Shown in pieces: positions 1 to 14,211 of a stretch of DNA of 64,000 bases. Location: assembly GCA_964016885.1 (NCBI GenBank), contig OZ024745.1, positions 16,678,001 to 16,742,000 on the forward strand, in the 5' to 3' direction. This stretch comes from Eledone cirrhosa. Taxonomy: Eukaryota. Made by a program: the position numbers and the translations under genes. The notes beneath the pieces are model-generated. The model was given only the letters and a program-made list of their open reading frames with translations, had not been told where the DNA came from and searched no databases. How positions within the stretch are numbered: position 1 is the first letter of the stretch; the number at the start of each line of letters is the position of its first letter.

Positions 1-507
1 AGTTCATTTTGTTTGAATTCATTTCGATATCACGAGTTAATTTATTTTTTTCTTTTGTTTCTGTTGTCGCGGTGGTAGTGGGGGTGGTGGTTGTCTCGTT
101 GGTGGTGGTGGTGGCGGCTTTAACACCTGCAGTCATTGGTAATGGCGGGAAGTGAATATCTGCTTGAGACAAATTTAAAATATTGCTACTGCTTATATTT
201 TTAGTGTTGGCAAACGTAGTAATATTTACAATGGTGGTGTCGGTGTGAGGTATTAGTTTGTGAGATAGGAGTGACTCTGAGTCTTCCATGCTTTTTCAAA
301 GAAATTTGTTTTGTTTGATAATTATAAAAAATTTAAATTTTGGGCTCAAGGCCCCAATATTTTTGAGTGTCCTTTTCAGAAATCAATGTATGTTAACAAT
401 ACAATTTTCCATAAATGGCAATTTTAAACAACTGAAAATAACAAACCTTTGCGGAGCTCACGATGATACGATTTACTACGAAGGTCGCCAATAATAATAA
501 TAATAAT

Positions 508-1672
508 GTAAATTCTCGAGCTGTGTCTATTATTAGGTACAGTGCGGGAATTCTGAGATGGAATGTTGCTGAACAAAAAGAAATGGATAGGAAGACTAGG
601 AAGCTATTGACTATCTACAACATGTTCCACAAGAGGAGTGATGTCGATAGACTCTACTTAAGGAGATCTGAAGGTGGAAGAGGTCTTATCAGCATAGAGG
701 ACTGTGTTCAGATGGAGAAAAACAACCTACACACAACCTATACGTGACTGATAGTAAGGAACCAATGCTCAGAATTGTACTGAACGAGAGGACAATAGAC
801 CAGGGGATATCCAAGGAGGAAATAACAACAAGGAGAAAGAGCAGCCTTCATGAAAAATCCCTTCATAGTACCTTCTTTGAAAAAACTGAATTCAGAGATC
901 CACAGACATGGAACTGGTTGAAAAGAGGAGACCCTAGAAAGGCTACAGAAGGAATTCTAATCGTTGCGCAAGAGCAGGCCCTCAAAACGAAGTGGTTGAA
1001 ATACCATATTTACAAGGAGGAAGCTAGCCCACTGTGCAGGATCTGTGGAGAGAGAGAGGAGACTGTGGCTCACATTGTATCCGAGTGTAAACACCTAGCC
1101 CAGACTCACTATAAGGGCTGGAGACATGATGTGATGGGCAGGGTGATCCACTGGCACCTGTGCAAAGTAAACAATTTACCACATTCTGAGAAGTGGTATG
1201 AGCATAAGCCAGAGTCGGTGATAGAAAACGATCAGGTGAAGGTGCTGTGGCATTTTAGGATACAGACGGACAAGAAACTGGAACACAATAGACCTGAACT
1301 GGTGGTTTTGGACAGGGAAAAAAAATCGTGCCTGATTGTGGATGTGGCCTGCCCACTCGACACGAGAGTGCAAGAGAAGGAGAGGGAGAAAATTAACCGA
1401 TACCAGAACTTCAAGTGGGAGGTAAAAAGGATTTGGAACTGCCATGAAGTCAAGGTGGTCCCGATTGTCATAGGCACACTAGGTACTATCTCAAAAAATT
1501 TCCAGGGACGTTTAAAGAAAATTGGCCCCGCCACGCTTTTTTGAACGCTTCAAAAGCATGCTTGCAGGGAACAGCAAGAACCCTCCGATACTGAATAGCT
1601 GAGGCTGCAGGTAGTGGCTTGATATTCATTTCAACAAACTTTCCAGTTAACTAAATCAATGACTGAGACTCA
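508..1672 (+). mobile_element. 5'-truncated R4/Dong-clade non-LTR retrotransposon, copy 1 (thumb, CCHC, RLE endonuclease, 3' UTR), frameshifted
   Basis: ORFs 463-747 and 744-1544 encode RLYLRRSEGGRGL, CCHC motif CRICGEREETVAHIVSEC, RHD, and PD-(D/E)xK-like RPELVV..IVDVACP..K; bounded by (AAT)n at 490-507 and 1677-1720. Confidence 0.88.
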
Positions 1673-1678
1673 AAGAAC

Positions 1679-1719
<41 letters not shown>

Positions 1720-1720
1720 T

Positions 1721-4211
1721 AAGAGCGCAAAGATTAGGCGATACGAGAGCAGAGTCAGTCAGTATCGACAGAACCGCATGTTTGACAACAACCAGAAGAT
1801 GATGTTTGGACAGTTTGAAGGGAAAGAAATAGGCAACGAATTGATCTCTGAGGTGGAACAAACTAAGACATTCTGGAGAGGAATATGGGAGCAGGTTGTT
1901 GAACATAATGATCATGCAGTGTGGATTGAGACAGTACAAAAGGATATTAGTGAACAGGCACACCAACAAACTGATTTGAGTATCACAGTTGAAACTCTTA
2001 AGGGGCAGGCCAGAAAACTAACCAACTGGAAATCACCAGGCCCAGATGGTGTGCAGGGGTATTGGATTAAAAATATAACATCCCTCCACCCGAAATTGAC
2101 AACCATGTTCAATGACTGCTTGATGTCAGGTGAGGTACCAGAGTGGTTGACAAAAGATACCACAGTTCTGGTAATGAAAGACCGAACCAAGAGTAATGAT
2201 GTTACCAACTATAGACCTATCACATGTCTGGCCGTATATAGGAAACTGTTAACAAGCATTGTGTCTGAGGAAATCGACCATCACCTCTACATAAACAACT
2301 TGTTACCGGACGAACAGAAATGATGCCGAAAGAAGTCCCGTGTTACAAAGGACCAGTTACTTATTGATAAGCTGGTAATGAGGAATTGCAGGAGGAGACA
2401 CACTGGTCTTGCCATGGGATGGATAGACTACAAAAAGGCATTCGACATGGTACCTCATTCTTGGATAACCAAAAGTCTAGAGATCTTCAGGGTGGCAGAT
2501 AACATAAGACAGTTGTTGAGCAAAAGTATGAAGTCGCGGAAAACAGTTCTGCATCGGGTGGAGAATCCTTGAGAGGCGTGAGGATCAAGAGAGGTATCTT
2601 CCAGGGAGATAGTTTGTCCCCTCTGTTGTTTGTCCTTGCCCTGATCCCCCTGATCATTATACTGGGGAAAGTGAGAGCAGGATACAAGTTGGGAACGGGA
2701 GAGCTTACCATCAATCACCTCCTCTTCATGGACGATCTTAAGCTCTTCGGGAAAAGTGAGAAGCAGTTGGATGTGCTTGTTGACACTGTCCGTATTTTCA
2801 GCAATGGTATATGTATGCAATTTGGTATTAGTAAGTGTGGAGTCCTTGTTGATGAAGAGGGGTAAATTGAGCAGAAGCAACGGAATCCAGGTACCAACAG
2901 GTGAGATGAAAAAGGAAATTGATACCGAAGAGGGATACAAATATTTAGGTCTTCTGGAGGCTGATAACATCAAGAACAAAAAATGAAGAAATTGATAAGA
3001 TATGAATACATTCGGAGAGTAAGGAGCGTAATAAAGTCACATCTGAACAGTAGGAATGCCTTAAGTGCAGTAAATTCCCGAGCTGTGTCTATTATTATGT
3101 ACAGTGCGGGAATTCTGAGATGGAATGTTGCTGAACAAAAAGAAATGGATAGGAAGACTAGGAAGCTATTGACTATCTACAACATGTTCCACAAAAGGAG
3201 TGATGTCGATAGACTCTACTTAAGGAGATCTGAGGGTGGAAGAGGTCTTATCAGCATAGAGGACTGTGTTCAGATGGAGAAAAACAATCTACACAAATAC
3301 GTGACTGATAGCAGGGAGCCAATGCTCAGAACTGTACTGAAGGAGAGGACAATAGACCAGGGGATGTGCAAGGAGGAAATAACAACAAAATCTCTTCATA
3401 GTGCCTTCTTTGAGAAAACTGAATTTAGAGATCCACAGACATGGAACTGGTTGTAAAGAGGAGACCTTAAAAAGGCTAGAGAAGGAATGCTAATGGCTGC
3501 GCAAGAGCAGGCCCTCAAAACGAAGTGGCTGAAACAACATATTTACAAGGAGGAGGCTAGCCCACTGTGTAGGATCTGTGGAGCGAGAGAGGAGACTGTG
3601 GCTCACATTGTATCCGAGTGTAAACACCTAGCCCAGACTCACTATAAAGGCTGGAGACATGATGTGATGGGCAGGGTGATCCATTGGCACGTATGCAAAG
3701 TAAACAATTTACCACATTCTGAGAAGTGGTATGAGCATAAGTCAGAGGCGGTGATAGAAAACGATCAGGTGAAGGTGCTGTGGGATTTTAGGATACAGAC
3801 GGACAAGAAACTGGAACACAATAGACCTGACCTGTTGGTTTGGGACAAGGGAAAAAGATCGTGCCTGATTGTGGATGTGGCCTGCCCATTCGACACGAGA
3901 GTAAAAGAGAAGGAGAGGGAGAAAATTAACCGATACCAGGACTTAAAGTGGGAGGTAAAAAGGATTTGGAACTGCCATAAGGTCAAAGTGGTCCCGATTG
4001 TCATAGGCGCACTAGGTACTATCTCAAAGAGTTTCCAATGATGGTTAAAGAAAATTGGTCCCACCCCGCTTTTTGGAACACTTTGAAAAGCATGCTTGCT
4101 GGGAACAGCAAGAACACTCCGATACGTCCTGAATATCTGAGGCTGCAGGCAGTGGCTTGATATTCATTTCAACAAACTTTCCAGTTAAATAACATCAATG
4201 ACTGAGACTCA
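1721..4211 (+). mobile_element. 5'-truncated R4/Dong-clade LINE, copy 2 (RT + CCHC + RLE), multiple stops/frameshifts
   Basis: RT motifs [49 protein letters not shown]; CCHC and RPDLL..DVACP; 3' UTR ends ..gactgagactc then a (TAA)-like run. Confidence 0.92.
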
Positions 4212-4258
4212 AATAACAATAATAAAAATAAAAAAAATAATAATTATAATAATATTAA

Positions 4259-4918
4259 TTGTGGAATTTTTCAGGGTGACTCTTTATCACCGCTTTTATT
4301 CTGCATCGCACTTATACCATTAAGTAAAATGCTCAATGAAACAAAACATGGATATAAAGTCTATGACAAAACCATTAATCACTTGTTCTGCATGGATGAC
4401 CTGAAAGGTTCACCAGAGGAAAGCTGCTGAAATGTTCAGACATTAATCTTGATCGGGGGAATGTGATAAGAGAACTTGATCAAGAGGAAACTTACAAATA
4501 TCTAGGACAAGAAATTAGAACACTATAGGCCTGAGCTGTTGGTTTTGGACAAGGAAAAAATATCGTGCCTGATTGTAGATGTAGCCTGTCCATATGACAC
4601 GAGAGTGCAAGAAAAGGTGATGGAGAAAATTAACCGATACCAGGTCTTAAAGTGGGAGTTAAACAGGATTTGGAACTGCCATGAAGTCAAAGTGGTCCCG
4701 ATTGTCATAGGCGCACTAGGTACTATCTCAAAGAGTTTCCAAGGATGGTTAAAGAAGATTAGTCCAGCCCCGCTTTTTGGAACACTTCAAAAAGCATGCT
4801 TGCTGGGAACAGCAAGAACCCTCTGATTCCGATACGTCCTGAATATCTGAGGCTGCAGGTAGCGGCTTGATATTCATTTCAACAAACTTTCCAGTTAAAT
4901 AACATCAATGTCTGAGAA
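4259..4918 (+). mobile_element. Chimeric R4/Dong piece: RT fragment of a divergent subfamily joined to the 3' end of the copy 1/2 family
   Basis: 4259-4506 reads GIFQGDSLSPLLFCIALIPLS..HLFCMDDLK..YKYLG, differing from copy 2; 4506-4918 matches the RLE end and 3' UTR; followed by (AAT)n. Confidence 0.8.
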
Positions 4919-5818
4919 ACAATAATAATAATGATATATAAGGGGACAAAGAATCAGTGTTGTATTATATACATATTTAATTACATATTAAATAGTATTT
5001 TATTTATCGACCCCAGAAAGATAAACATGAAAGTTGACCTCTGCAAGATTTGAAATCAGAATGCAAGTTCATGAAATATACACATTTCATCTAACGCTAA
5101 ACACTTTTGGCCATTCACCGCTTTTAATGCATCTCTAAAGTATGTATTCTACAGGAGGATAACTCGGTCTGTGTTCACTTTCATACATTTCATGCTTTGT
5201 CACATACGAGTTTCTTGTATTGGCATCGCTCAGAACTAATCTCCCAATAATCGAAAATTATTCTAGATTTATAACTTCAACGGTATACCGACATATTGTA
5301 TCGTGACTACATGTGCTAACATATCCATCATTTAAAAAATTGTAGGATTACTTCTAGCAAATCATTTGGTTGCTATTTCTAGCACCCCTCGTTGAATTCT
5401 GTATTTATATACTTACTCTATTTTGACCTTGTTTACTGTTAACGTCTCATTCTAGATATCCAAATTAACAATCGGGTTGTTAACAATTGTTTTTATTCAA
5501 CATTGTATTATTCCTTTCTTTACTATTTCTATACATCGAATAACTACATGAATTAATGGATAACTAATAATAGACTTATGTCTTAGAAATACTACCTGTG
5601 ATAGCGAACGTGCAGGAGAGCAGAAAACCTAGCCTAAGGAAGTATATAAGAGGTTGTGATACTAATGATATTTCAAAAGACATTATTGCTTTAACTCAAG
5701 TGACTACAATTACGTATTTAGTTCGGGCTGAGAATACGTCTCAACATGACTTCATTTTCATTAGTTACTATCATCACGACAAAAACGAAATATATATTGT
5801 GTACATGATTGAACTGAA

Positions 5819-5819
<1 letters not shown>

Positions 5820-5885
<66 letters not shown>
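5820..5885. repeat. (ATCT)n microsatellite
   Basis: Perfect tetranucleotide run. Confidence 0.97.
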
Positions 5886-6133
5886 CAAACGGAAGGGAAA
5901 ACCTTCCCCACCAACGACCCACCCCAAACCTCAAACTGATCAGGGCAACAAGCCTAAAACATGAAACATTGATGATGTGGTCTCCCCTTGCCAAAAACCC
6001 CTTAACCCTGCCCTGCTAAAAGGATTCCCTCCCTCCCCAAACACCCCCAATAGAAGATGGAGATCGAACAACCCGACCTCCAGGTAAGTGTTCCAGCCTT
6101 TTCTCTCCTTCACCAACATGGTGACTATAAAAA

Positions 6134-6545
6134 TTGGATGTTCTGTTTCGAAAAAACTTGGATCTCAAAGCACAGACAATTCACTTGAACCCGAAGGGCA
6201 GCTTGGTGGTCCTGGACGTGAATGGTAGTGAAGGCGGAGCTTTCAGACTGGTGGCCGTATATGCCACGACTGGGACATCACGACCAGAATTCTTCAAGCC
6301 TCTGGAGCTATTCCTGTGTACGTCACCCTCCTTAGTATTAGCGAGGGACTGGAATGGCATCTTAGATGCACATTGGGACTATGTAGGAGCTTGTAATAGT
6401 GAACGGGTGTAATAGCCTCAAAAATCTCATCAGCCAATTCCAACTGGCTGATAGATTTCGACTAGACATTCCAAGTGTACCACTGTGGACGTGAATCAAC
6501 CGCACTGGGTCTTCTAAATCGTATTTTGATAGATTTTTAATTAGA
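6134..6545 (+). mobile_element. Degenerate L1/Tx1-like APE endonuclease fragment
   Basis: GSLVVLDV..FRLVAVYA..LVLARDWNGILD (GDWN-like), then LADRFR..WT..SYFDRFL, typical of Tx1/L1 APE. Confidence 0.65.
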
Positions 6546-7059
6546 CAGATGGCGAGAGCGAGGGAGACAGAGGCAGTGAGTGAATGATATAGAACATCAC
6601 CACTTATTTACTTATTTATTTGTATTTCAGTACATGTACAACACGACAACAACGATGAAGATGACGGTCACAACAATACCAAGAAGAACAAATGAACAAG
6701 ACACCGTTAATTTTAGTTGATAGTAGCTGAATCCACCCGAACATGTGATCAGAGATATTCGACACAAACCAATAAATTAGCAATACACGGATATTAATAA
6801 AGTATTTGTCACTCTAAGTACACCATAAACAGGTTCTGTTGCTGATAGTTCCATCACGCTCATGGCTGGAGAATTTATTCTGAATAGAGAAACATCACTG
6901 ATGCTAAGGAACCTTGTTAAATGGACACCGCAACGGTCATAACAACAACAATTAAAACTCTACTACTACTACTACTATTGATAGTAGTAGTAGTACTACT
7001 ACTACTACTACTATTGATACTGCTACTACCCCCCCCCCACCACACCAGTAGTAGTAGTA

Positions 7060-7397
7060 ATAATTGTTTCTACATTTGGCACAAGGCGAGCATTTAAACA
7101 GTGTATTACTGGTACTTTATTTTATCGACCCCGTAAGGATGAAAGGCAAAGTTAACCTCGGCGGGATTTGAACTCAGAATGGCAAGGGCGGTAACTCAAT
7201 GCGTCAAAGCATGGCGTCCAACTCTCTACCGATACTGCCAATCCAGTACGTTACTGGTGCTTTATTTTATCGACCCCGTAAGGATGAAAGGCAAAGTTAA
7301 CTTCGGTGGGATTTGAACTCAGACCGTAAAGGGCCGTAACTCTATGCTGCAAAGCATGGTGTCCGACCCTCTACCGATATTGCCAATCCACCGCCCT
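7060..7397 (-). mobile_element. tRNA-derived SINE family 1, dimer of two subfamily variants
   Basis: Two copies of the core (rc gccttTCATCCTTACGGGGTCGATAAAATAAAGtaccag) with B-box GAGTTCAAATCC; flanked by agtagtagtaataat on both sides. Confidence 0.85.
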
Positions 7398-8205
7398 AGC
7401 AGTAGTAGTAATAATCACAACGACTATAGTTACAATCATTGAAATAATTGGTGTGTGAGCAAGAAACAAAATAATATGATGCCACAATAAATTAAAATAG
7501 TTCTTCTCTTCAAATTCTTAACAATGTAATTCTTCCTGAAGTTGATAACAAGACTGCCCCCCCCCCCCAATAAAAAAACATAAGAAAAAATAGAAGAAAA
7601 ACTAGAAAAAAAAAAACTAGCGAAAAAGAAACCAAATATCCACAGCAATTCATTTTGCCAAAACTTCATTATATGTTTTATATCGTGATTATGTTTCTTT
7701 TTTTCCATTTTCCATCGCTTTGAATAATATAATTACTGTATAACATCTCAAATCTGATAGGAATTGGAAATAAGTAGAGAAAAATAGTCAATTGAAGACC
7801 TTGTTGAATAATACGTTGGAAGTTTCCAAGTTTCAAGAAGTGTAAAAGTGAAAGTTTACAATGTCCTCGTGATAGAAACACTTCTAAGAAATTATCCAGC
7901 GGCTATATAGCTTGGGATAGAAGACAGAATTAACAAAATGTAACTCTTGTTCAGTAGGAAAATCTCCTGAAGCTAAATCTCAAAGAAACATGTAGCCGTA
8001 CGTAAACATACTGAGAGGAATTCATGACTGCATTAAACCACTAGCAAGTTAATCAATTCTACAACACTGACTGGCTTGTCAGAGGGATTGCAATTACTGC
8101 TCTCTTACAAAATCTATTGCCTATTTCTCTTCTCGCCTCTCATATATACACATACATATATATATATATATATATGAATATATATATATATATATATATA
8201 TTTGG

Positions 8206-8625
8206 ATATATGAGAGGGATGAACACAGATACAAGTATACATGTGTTCCAATTGCAAATAACCAAGTTAGCTATGTTGAAAAAATACTTATTTAAAACAA
8301 TATGCAGATGAGCACAGGAATTCTGGCTTTCACTTAATAATTCTTGCGAAACAGATTTTGGTCTGTCCGGGTATCGAAGGCTACTCCTCGATATAGGTTC
8401 GTTATTTTTCTTGATTTATTACTTTAAATCGAGTCAGGCAAACCATATAGTTTTAAATTAGTATTTTTTCAACCTAGCTAACTTAGTTATTTGCAATTGG
8501 AACACATGTATACTTGTATATGTGTTCATCCCTCTCATATATTCAATTATGTTACACGGCTCGGAAAGATTCCCTTCTTTGAGCTACTTAATTGTAAAAG
8601 ATTATTTTGAGTTAATAACTCAATC

Positions 8626-8628
<3 letters not shown>
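8206..8628 (+). mobile_element. Foldback PLE-type mini-element in (TA)n
   Basis: Inverted arms 8206-8287/8461-8542, tail 8543-8628, HHR-like motif at 8300-8370. Confidence 0.65.
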
Positions 8629-8721
<93 letters not shown>

Positions 8722-8747
8722 TGCCTCCATTTATCTCTCATTATTTC

Positions 8748-8870
8748 AACGATCTGAGTTCAAATCCCGCCGAGATTGACTTTGCCTTTCATCCTTACGG
8801 GGTCGATAAAATAAAGTACCAGTAATGCACTGGGTATTTGGTGGCCTTGGGCCTAAAGTAGAAACAATTA
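8748..8870 (+). mobile_element. SINE family 1, 5'-truncated
   Basis: gagttcaaatcccgccgag..ggtcgataaaataaagtacc..gtagaaacaatt. Confidence 0.85.
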
Positions 8871-8984
8871 TTTCAATCTTTCACTCTCTCTATATATTTC
8901 TACACACATATATCCATGCAAACTCATTTTAGTCTGAATAAAATGAAATATACGTAATAAATTATGTGTTTCAACGTAAGACTG

Positions 8985-9190
8985 TCGACTGAAAAGTTCA
9001 TATGCTCACTATGATGGATTGAGGGTAGAGCTGTGAAATTTTGCATGCATTGATTTCAACTCTTTAATAACTGCACTGTTTCCTTCCAAGAATTATGTTG
9101 AAAAATAAATCTCATGTGGTCATTCCATGAGAGTAGCATAGTCAGCCCATGAACTTTTGTGTTTATGAACTTTTCAACTCACCCTCGTAT
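8985..9190. mobile_element. Degenerate Tc1/mariner-type MITE
   Basis: Ends ctgaaaagttcata / tatgaacttttcaactcaccctcgta; related to 44890-45107. Confidence 0.5.
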
Positions 9191-9802
9191 ATATCCCTCC
9201 ATTTATCTCCCACTATTTCTTCTATTCTCTCCCTATATATATTTTTACAGACAGATATACATATATAATTTGTGTAAACGCATCTGTGTCTATTGATGAA
9301 GTGAAATAGTAATATATTATATGTTTCAAAATAGGTTTAAGCAAATACGTATACACTGTCACACATATAAATATAAATACATGCATTTGCTTCTTTAACA
9401 GACACTATGAAGGCATATGTTATGTCATATTATGCAATATTCTTTTTACTTACTATCCGAAATAACGCATATATATCTTATGTATCATATATGCATGTTA
9501 TGTACGTATGCATGTATGCAGATATATATATATAAATACGTCTATCTGTAAGCATACAGATCTATATATCATGCATACAGATGTATATAACATTCTGTAT
9601 GCATACAGATGTATATATCATTCTGTGTATATATAAATATGTGTGTGAGTCGTGAGTTCAATGGAGGGTAACCACAGTGAGGTACTCAATACATTAGTAG
9701 AGTGTACACAACAGAAATAGCTTGTGAAACATTTGTAACCAGAATTAAGCAATAAATCTCCTATGTAACAACTCTACTTTGTTCTTATTATATATATATA
9801 TA

Positions 9803-9989
9803 GGGCGGTGGATTGGCAGTATCGGTAGAGGGTCGGACGCCATGCTTTCCAGCATAGTTACGTCCCTTTACGATCTGAGTTCAAATCCCGCCGAGGTTGA
9901 CTTTGCCTTTCATCCTTACGGGGTCGATAAAATAAAGTACCAGTAATGCACTGGGTAATTGCTGGCCTTGTGCCTAAAGTAGAAACAAT

Positions 9990-9990
<1 letters not shown>
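9803..9990 (+). mobile_element. SINE family 1, full length (~190 bp)
   Basis: A-box-like TGGCAGTATCGG, B-box GAGTTCAAATCC, conserved central core (resembles a Meta-type SINE domain; unverified), tail gtagaaacaatt. Confidence 0.9.
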
Positions 9991-10024
<34 letters not shown>

Positions 10025-10094
10025 ATATATTGTTATACTTGGGGAGGGTCATATTGTTGTAATAATATTGACAGAAATAATATATATATATATA

Positions 10095-10190
10095 TTTCGT
10101 TTCTGAATTTGTTTAGCAAGATTCTTTATCTGAAATCGTGTGTTGAAACCGATATTGTTATACTTTGGCAACATGACCCTCCCAAAGTAT

Positions 10191-10198
<8 letters not shown>
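10095..10198. mobile_element. Minimal foldback remnant of the 21.5-23.6 kb PLE (tail + 17-bp end + inverted end)
   Basis: 10095-10168 matches 21510-21583; 10165-10198 matches 23575-23608. Confidence 0.85.
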
Positions 10199-10228
<30 letters not shown>

Positions 10229-10313
10229 ATACTTGGGGAGGGTCATATTGGTGCAATAATATTGCCAGAAATAATATATACATATATATATATATTGTGT
10301 ATATGTATATTGC

Positions 10314-10344
<31 letters not shown>

Positions 10345-12354
10345 TAACAAAGAAAGTGTGGTAAGGAACCAGGTAGACCATATCGCACTAGAGTACTCGA
10401 TACTTAGGGTTATAGAGTGGGTAATAGGAAAGGAGTCAGAACACCGACGGCTGAGCTTCGGTCGTTTCGACAGCTAGATCCGACTTCGGATCCTGAGTTT
10501 TTTTAGTGATTCTGATATATTTTTATATATTTTTATATATTTTTATATATTTTTATATATTTTTAAATCACGAGATATTTTATATTTACTTACACCTTTT
10601 CACACACATACTTCCCCCTCTCCCTCGCTTACACACACACGCGCACACGCACACACACACACAAATATATATATATTGATATATATTGATAGTCTATGGT
10701 ACACTGACCAGGAACGCCACATATAAGATTATATAGGACAGTGGTTAAATTCGAGAAGTAGAATATCACCCGTGAGCTCGGCGGCTTTGGCTAGTTGCCT
10801 CTTTCAATATATATATGTATATAGCTTCAGGCTGTTTCCCTGAAATTCCCAAAGAGTCATCAATTTTAATTCTTTTATGGAAATCATCTCTATTAAACGA
10901 CTGCGTTACCTTACAACCATGAATACGTAAACCAAGATAAGTACACTCACTTAAACACACATGTATTTGCACAATAAGACAGAAACAGCAACACATGCAC
11001 ATGTGCTCACACTTGTTCCTTCCTTACACACATATAAACACCATCATTAAATAAGGGTTAAGAATAAAATGAAAACGTAAATGTAAAAGAGCTACAAAAA
11101 TCAGATAATCCAGAATTTATGTGACACACAGCAACAGTAGGAGCTTTCTCTTGTGTACAGTATTTTCTAAGTGATGCAATGAATAGTATTTAACAAAATA
11201 AAAGTGGCACAGGCAAACCATTCTAAACCCATACATTTCATATGAATCACTTTAATGCGCAATAAAATTGCTTTTTTTTTATTGAAAGGCATTGCATTTG
11301 AAGTTTTACGTAAGTGGAAACTGGGAGAAATGTTTTTGTTTACTTTTCCAAATAAAATTAATAATATAAGTGAAAGGATCCAAACGGGAATTTATTCTGA
11401 TTTACAGTTGAAACGTTGTATTGCAGTAAACGCAAGGTTGCATCTAAAAATCTCATCTTTATACCTTAACAATATGCTATGTGTTGCTGCGTTTTTTTTC
11501 TTTATTGTTTGCATATTTAAGTAACTCTTGTTCAATATACAACTCCCATATATGTACTAAACTATCCTCTTTTCTATAAAGCGATATAGGAAACAACATG
11601 GTATTAAATAACTAGAGCAATATGATGTGGCTTAGTGGATAATACTTTAGTGTACTACATCTGAAATAGTGAGTTCAACTCCATTGCATTTTTTCCCGCA
11701 GTTTCTCTACAAAATAAGTTTGTAAAAATCAACCTACATTAAAATGTTACGGATGCTGTATATACCAGTTGATAAATAGCAAAATATCTAATATATAACA
11801 AGGGAGGTGAATATACAGTATCGGAAGTGCATCGAACAGCATGCTTCGTTGCGTAGAGTTACGTCACATTACGTTCTGAGGTCAAATTCCAGTGAAGTCT
11901 GCTTTGCCTTTCATCCTTCCGAGGCCGATAAATTAAAGTACCAGTAATGCATTGGGGTCAATTTAATGGACTTCCACTGCCCCCAAATTGTTGGCCTTGT
12001 ACCGAAATCAGAAACAATTATATAATACATTACAATTATTTAATACATAAGCAATATTTAATACGTAACAATTATTTAATACATGCATTTATTTAATATA
12101 TACGCTGATATATAACAGACCATGTCATACGTAAGATATGATCTGATATTTAACATTTTATATCAGAAGAGTTGACAGTTGATAGGTAAGTAGATACTTA
12201 ACACATCACTTGATACACAACAGATCACTTGATGAGTTGATAATTAATAATTGGAAAATTAACAGATCAGTTTATAATTAATACACCAGTAGATACTTAA
12301 TGGATGAGTAATACTTAAGGTTTTAGTTGATATTTAACAGATCTTCTACTTCTC

Positions 12355-12630
12355 CACCGTATTCCTGAGATGGTTGTATATGCAGAGTCCTCAAACACTA
12401 CTCCAGTGGTTCCTGTCAGAAGCAACCACCCCCAGTTGATCAGACCGGATCCCCATGTGAGACCTGCTGAGCTTATGGATGTTATCCAACTACCTAGCTC
12501 GAGGTCTATCACTGGGATCTCCTACATGGCTGGTTTTGCCCGTAAGATCTGTCCAGCGATTCTGTCCTGAGATATTCTAACTAATTGCCCATAATATCGG
12601 AGCTGTGGCTTCTGGATTCGGAGAGTAGCG
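12355..12630 (-). mobile_element. RTE-clade LINE 3' fragment
   Basis: Minus strand reads QLRYYGQLVR..RPRAR*LDNI..ASDRNHW, an RTE C-terminal signature. Confidence 0.6.
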
Positions 12631-13179
12631 GGTCTACCTGGATCAATTGTTAATTTTCCTGGTCAGTTGATATTTTATTCACCTAGTTATACTTAATCAC
12701 CTGCTATTTACCAGACACTATACTAAAAATTAGAACTGGTACTACTTACGTCACAAGATGTTACGTATCAGACTAATAGATACTTAGCATATGAGTTGAT
12801 ACTTAACAAACAAGTTAGTTCTTGACAGAGCAGTTGATTCTTTATAAATCAACTGGTACATAACAGAACAGTTAATATTTGACCGACCATTTGATATTTA
12901 ACAGACGAGTTGGTATTTAACACCTGATGAGTAGACAAATTCGTAGTTAAATCTTAATTTCTACAGTTGCAGGCATTGTAATTTTCTTAAAGTCTATTAG
13001 GAAGAATGAAATATTCACAACGTATAAACCCATATTTTTATAGTTACGTTAGAGATCCACATGAAAAGATTCCCTTTGTAGATATTCTGGAGAAATTGTT
13101 GAAATGACTAATCCTAGACTTTGTTGATCTATTCTACACAATGAAACTACAACCAAGCTAAAGCTTTTCTGATATGTAT

Positions 13180-13450
13180 TGATTCACAAGAATACAGTAT
13201 ATTGATTCTCTTGTAGCTTTGGATAATCTAGCGTTTGATTTCGGGCTTATGTTAGACATCCACACGTTATCTAGCGTGTTCACAGCAAACCATGCTTATG
13301 CTACCCTGCTGTTTATATCATTTGATGAGAGGGTGTATGGGCCAAGGTATTTGAAATCGTCTACCTTTTCGAAAGCAGCATTGCTTAAGGATATTGATTT
13401 ATTGCTTGATCTAAGTAGATGGTCATGTATTTGGTTTGACTAGTTGACTA
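13180..13450 (-). mobile_element. RTE-clade RT thumb fragment, degenerate
   Basis: EKVDDFKYLG..DINSRVA*AW..NVW..ESILYSCES. Confidence 0.55.
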
Positions 13451-14211
13451 ATATGGATTATATTAACCGCAAACGTTTGAATTATAAATGTAACCTAAAC
13501 AGGGTTTGAAGTCAGAACACTAACAAGCTCCAATTCTTATTTCCTCCGCAACTCTGCTCTTATGTGAAATCACCAATTTGCAATATAATAGCAATTATGG
13601 GAATTATTTGCGGTGTTTTGCTGTTTCCCAATTTCTAAAAAGGTTTATTCAAAGTTCCCTGCACTTTGTTAATTTAACCTACCATTATTCGGATCATTGC
13701 ATTCACGGTATTTGATATTTGCATTGGTAAAAATGTCATATTGTAATTACTTGATATAGTCCAGTCAAATTTGATTATAACATAATATCAGAAATATTGC
13801 AGTTTAATATATATCCGACATCTACTTGTTAGAGAAAAAGAAAGAGAAAAAAACAAACATTTGGTGTGAAATATTATATCATATATTTCAAATGTTTTTT
13901 CCTGGAATCTAACCGTAACTGCAATTTAGATTTACGAATTCACTATCAAGTTTCTTTGTAGGTTTTCTCATAGCATTACACGGTAAAATGTCATCAAATT
14001 GGATAAGCATCAAGTAGATTTGAAACAAAAACCACTAATTTAATATGACTGACAATGCAATTCCCGAGAGAGAATTCTAATCCATCCGTACCAATCAGCT
14101 CAGATAATAGTTTCAGCTCTTATACGGAGCTGAATCGAGTCTAATTTTGTTTTGTCAGTTTATATTTTTATCATGTTACATCTAATTTTATATTTGAAGG
14201 TTGTTTCTTCA

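Noticed and set aside
9803-9890. tRNA genes at SINE heads (also 46410, ~52050-52130, ~11625)
   Set aside because: A/B boxes present but no full cloverleaf; they continue into SINE bodies.
10440-10500. Possible HHR around ctgagct..cgtttcgac (similar motif at ~56155-56180)
   Set aside because: Could not assemble a CUGANGA core with paired stems I and II.
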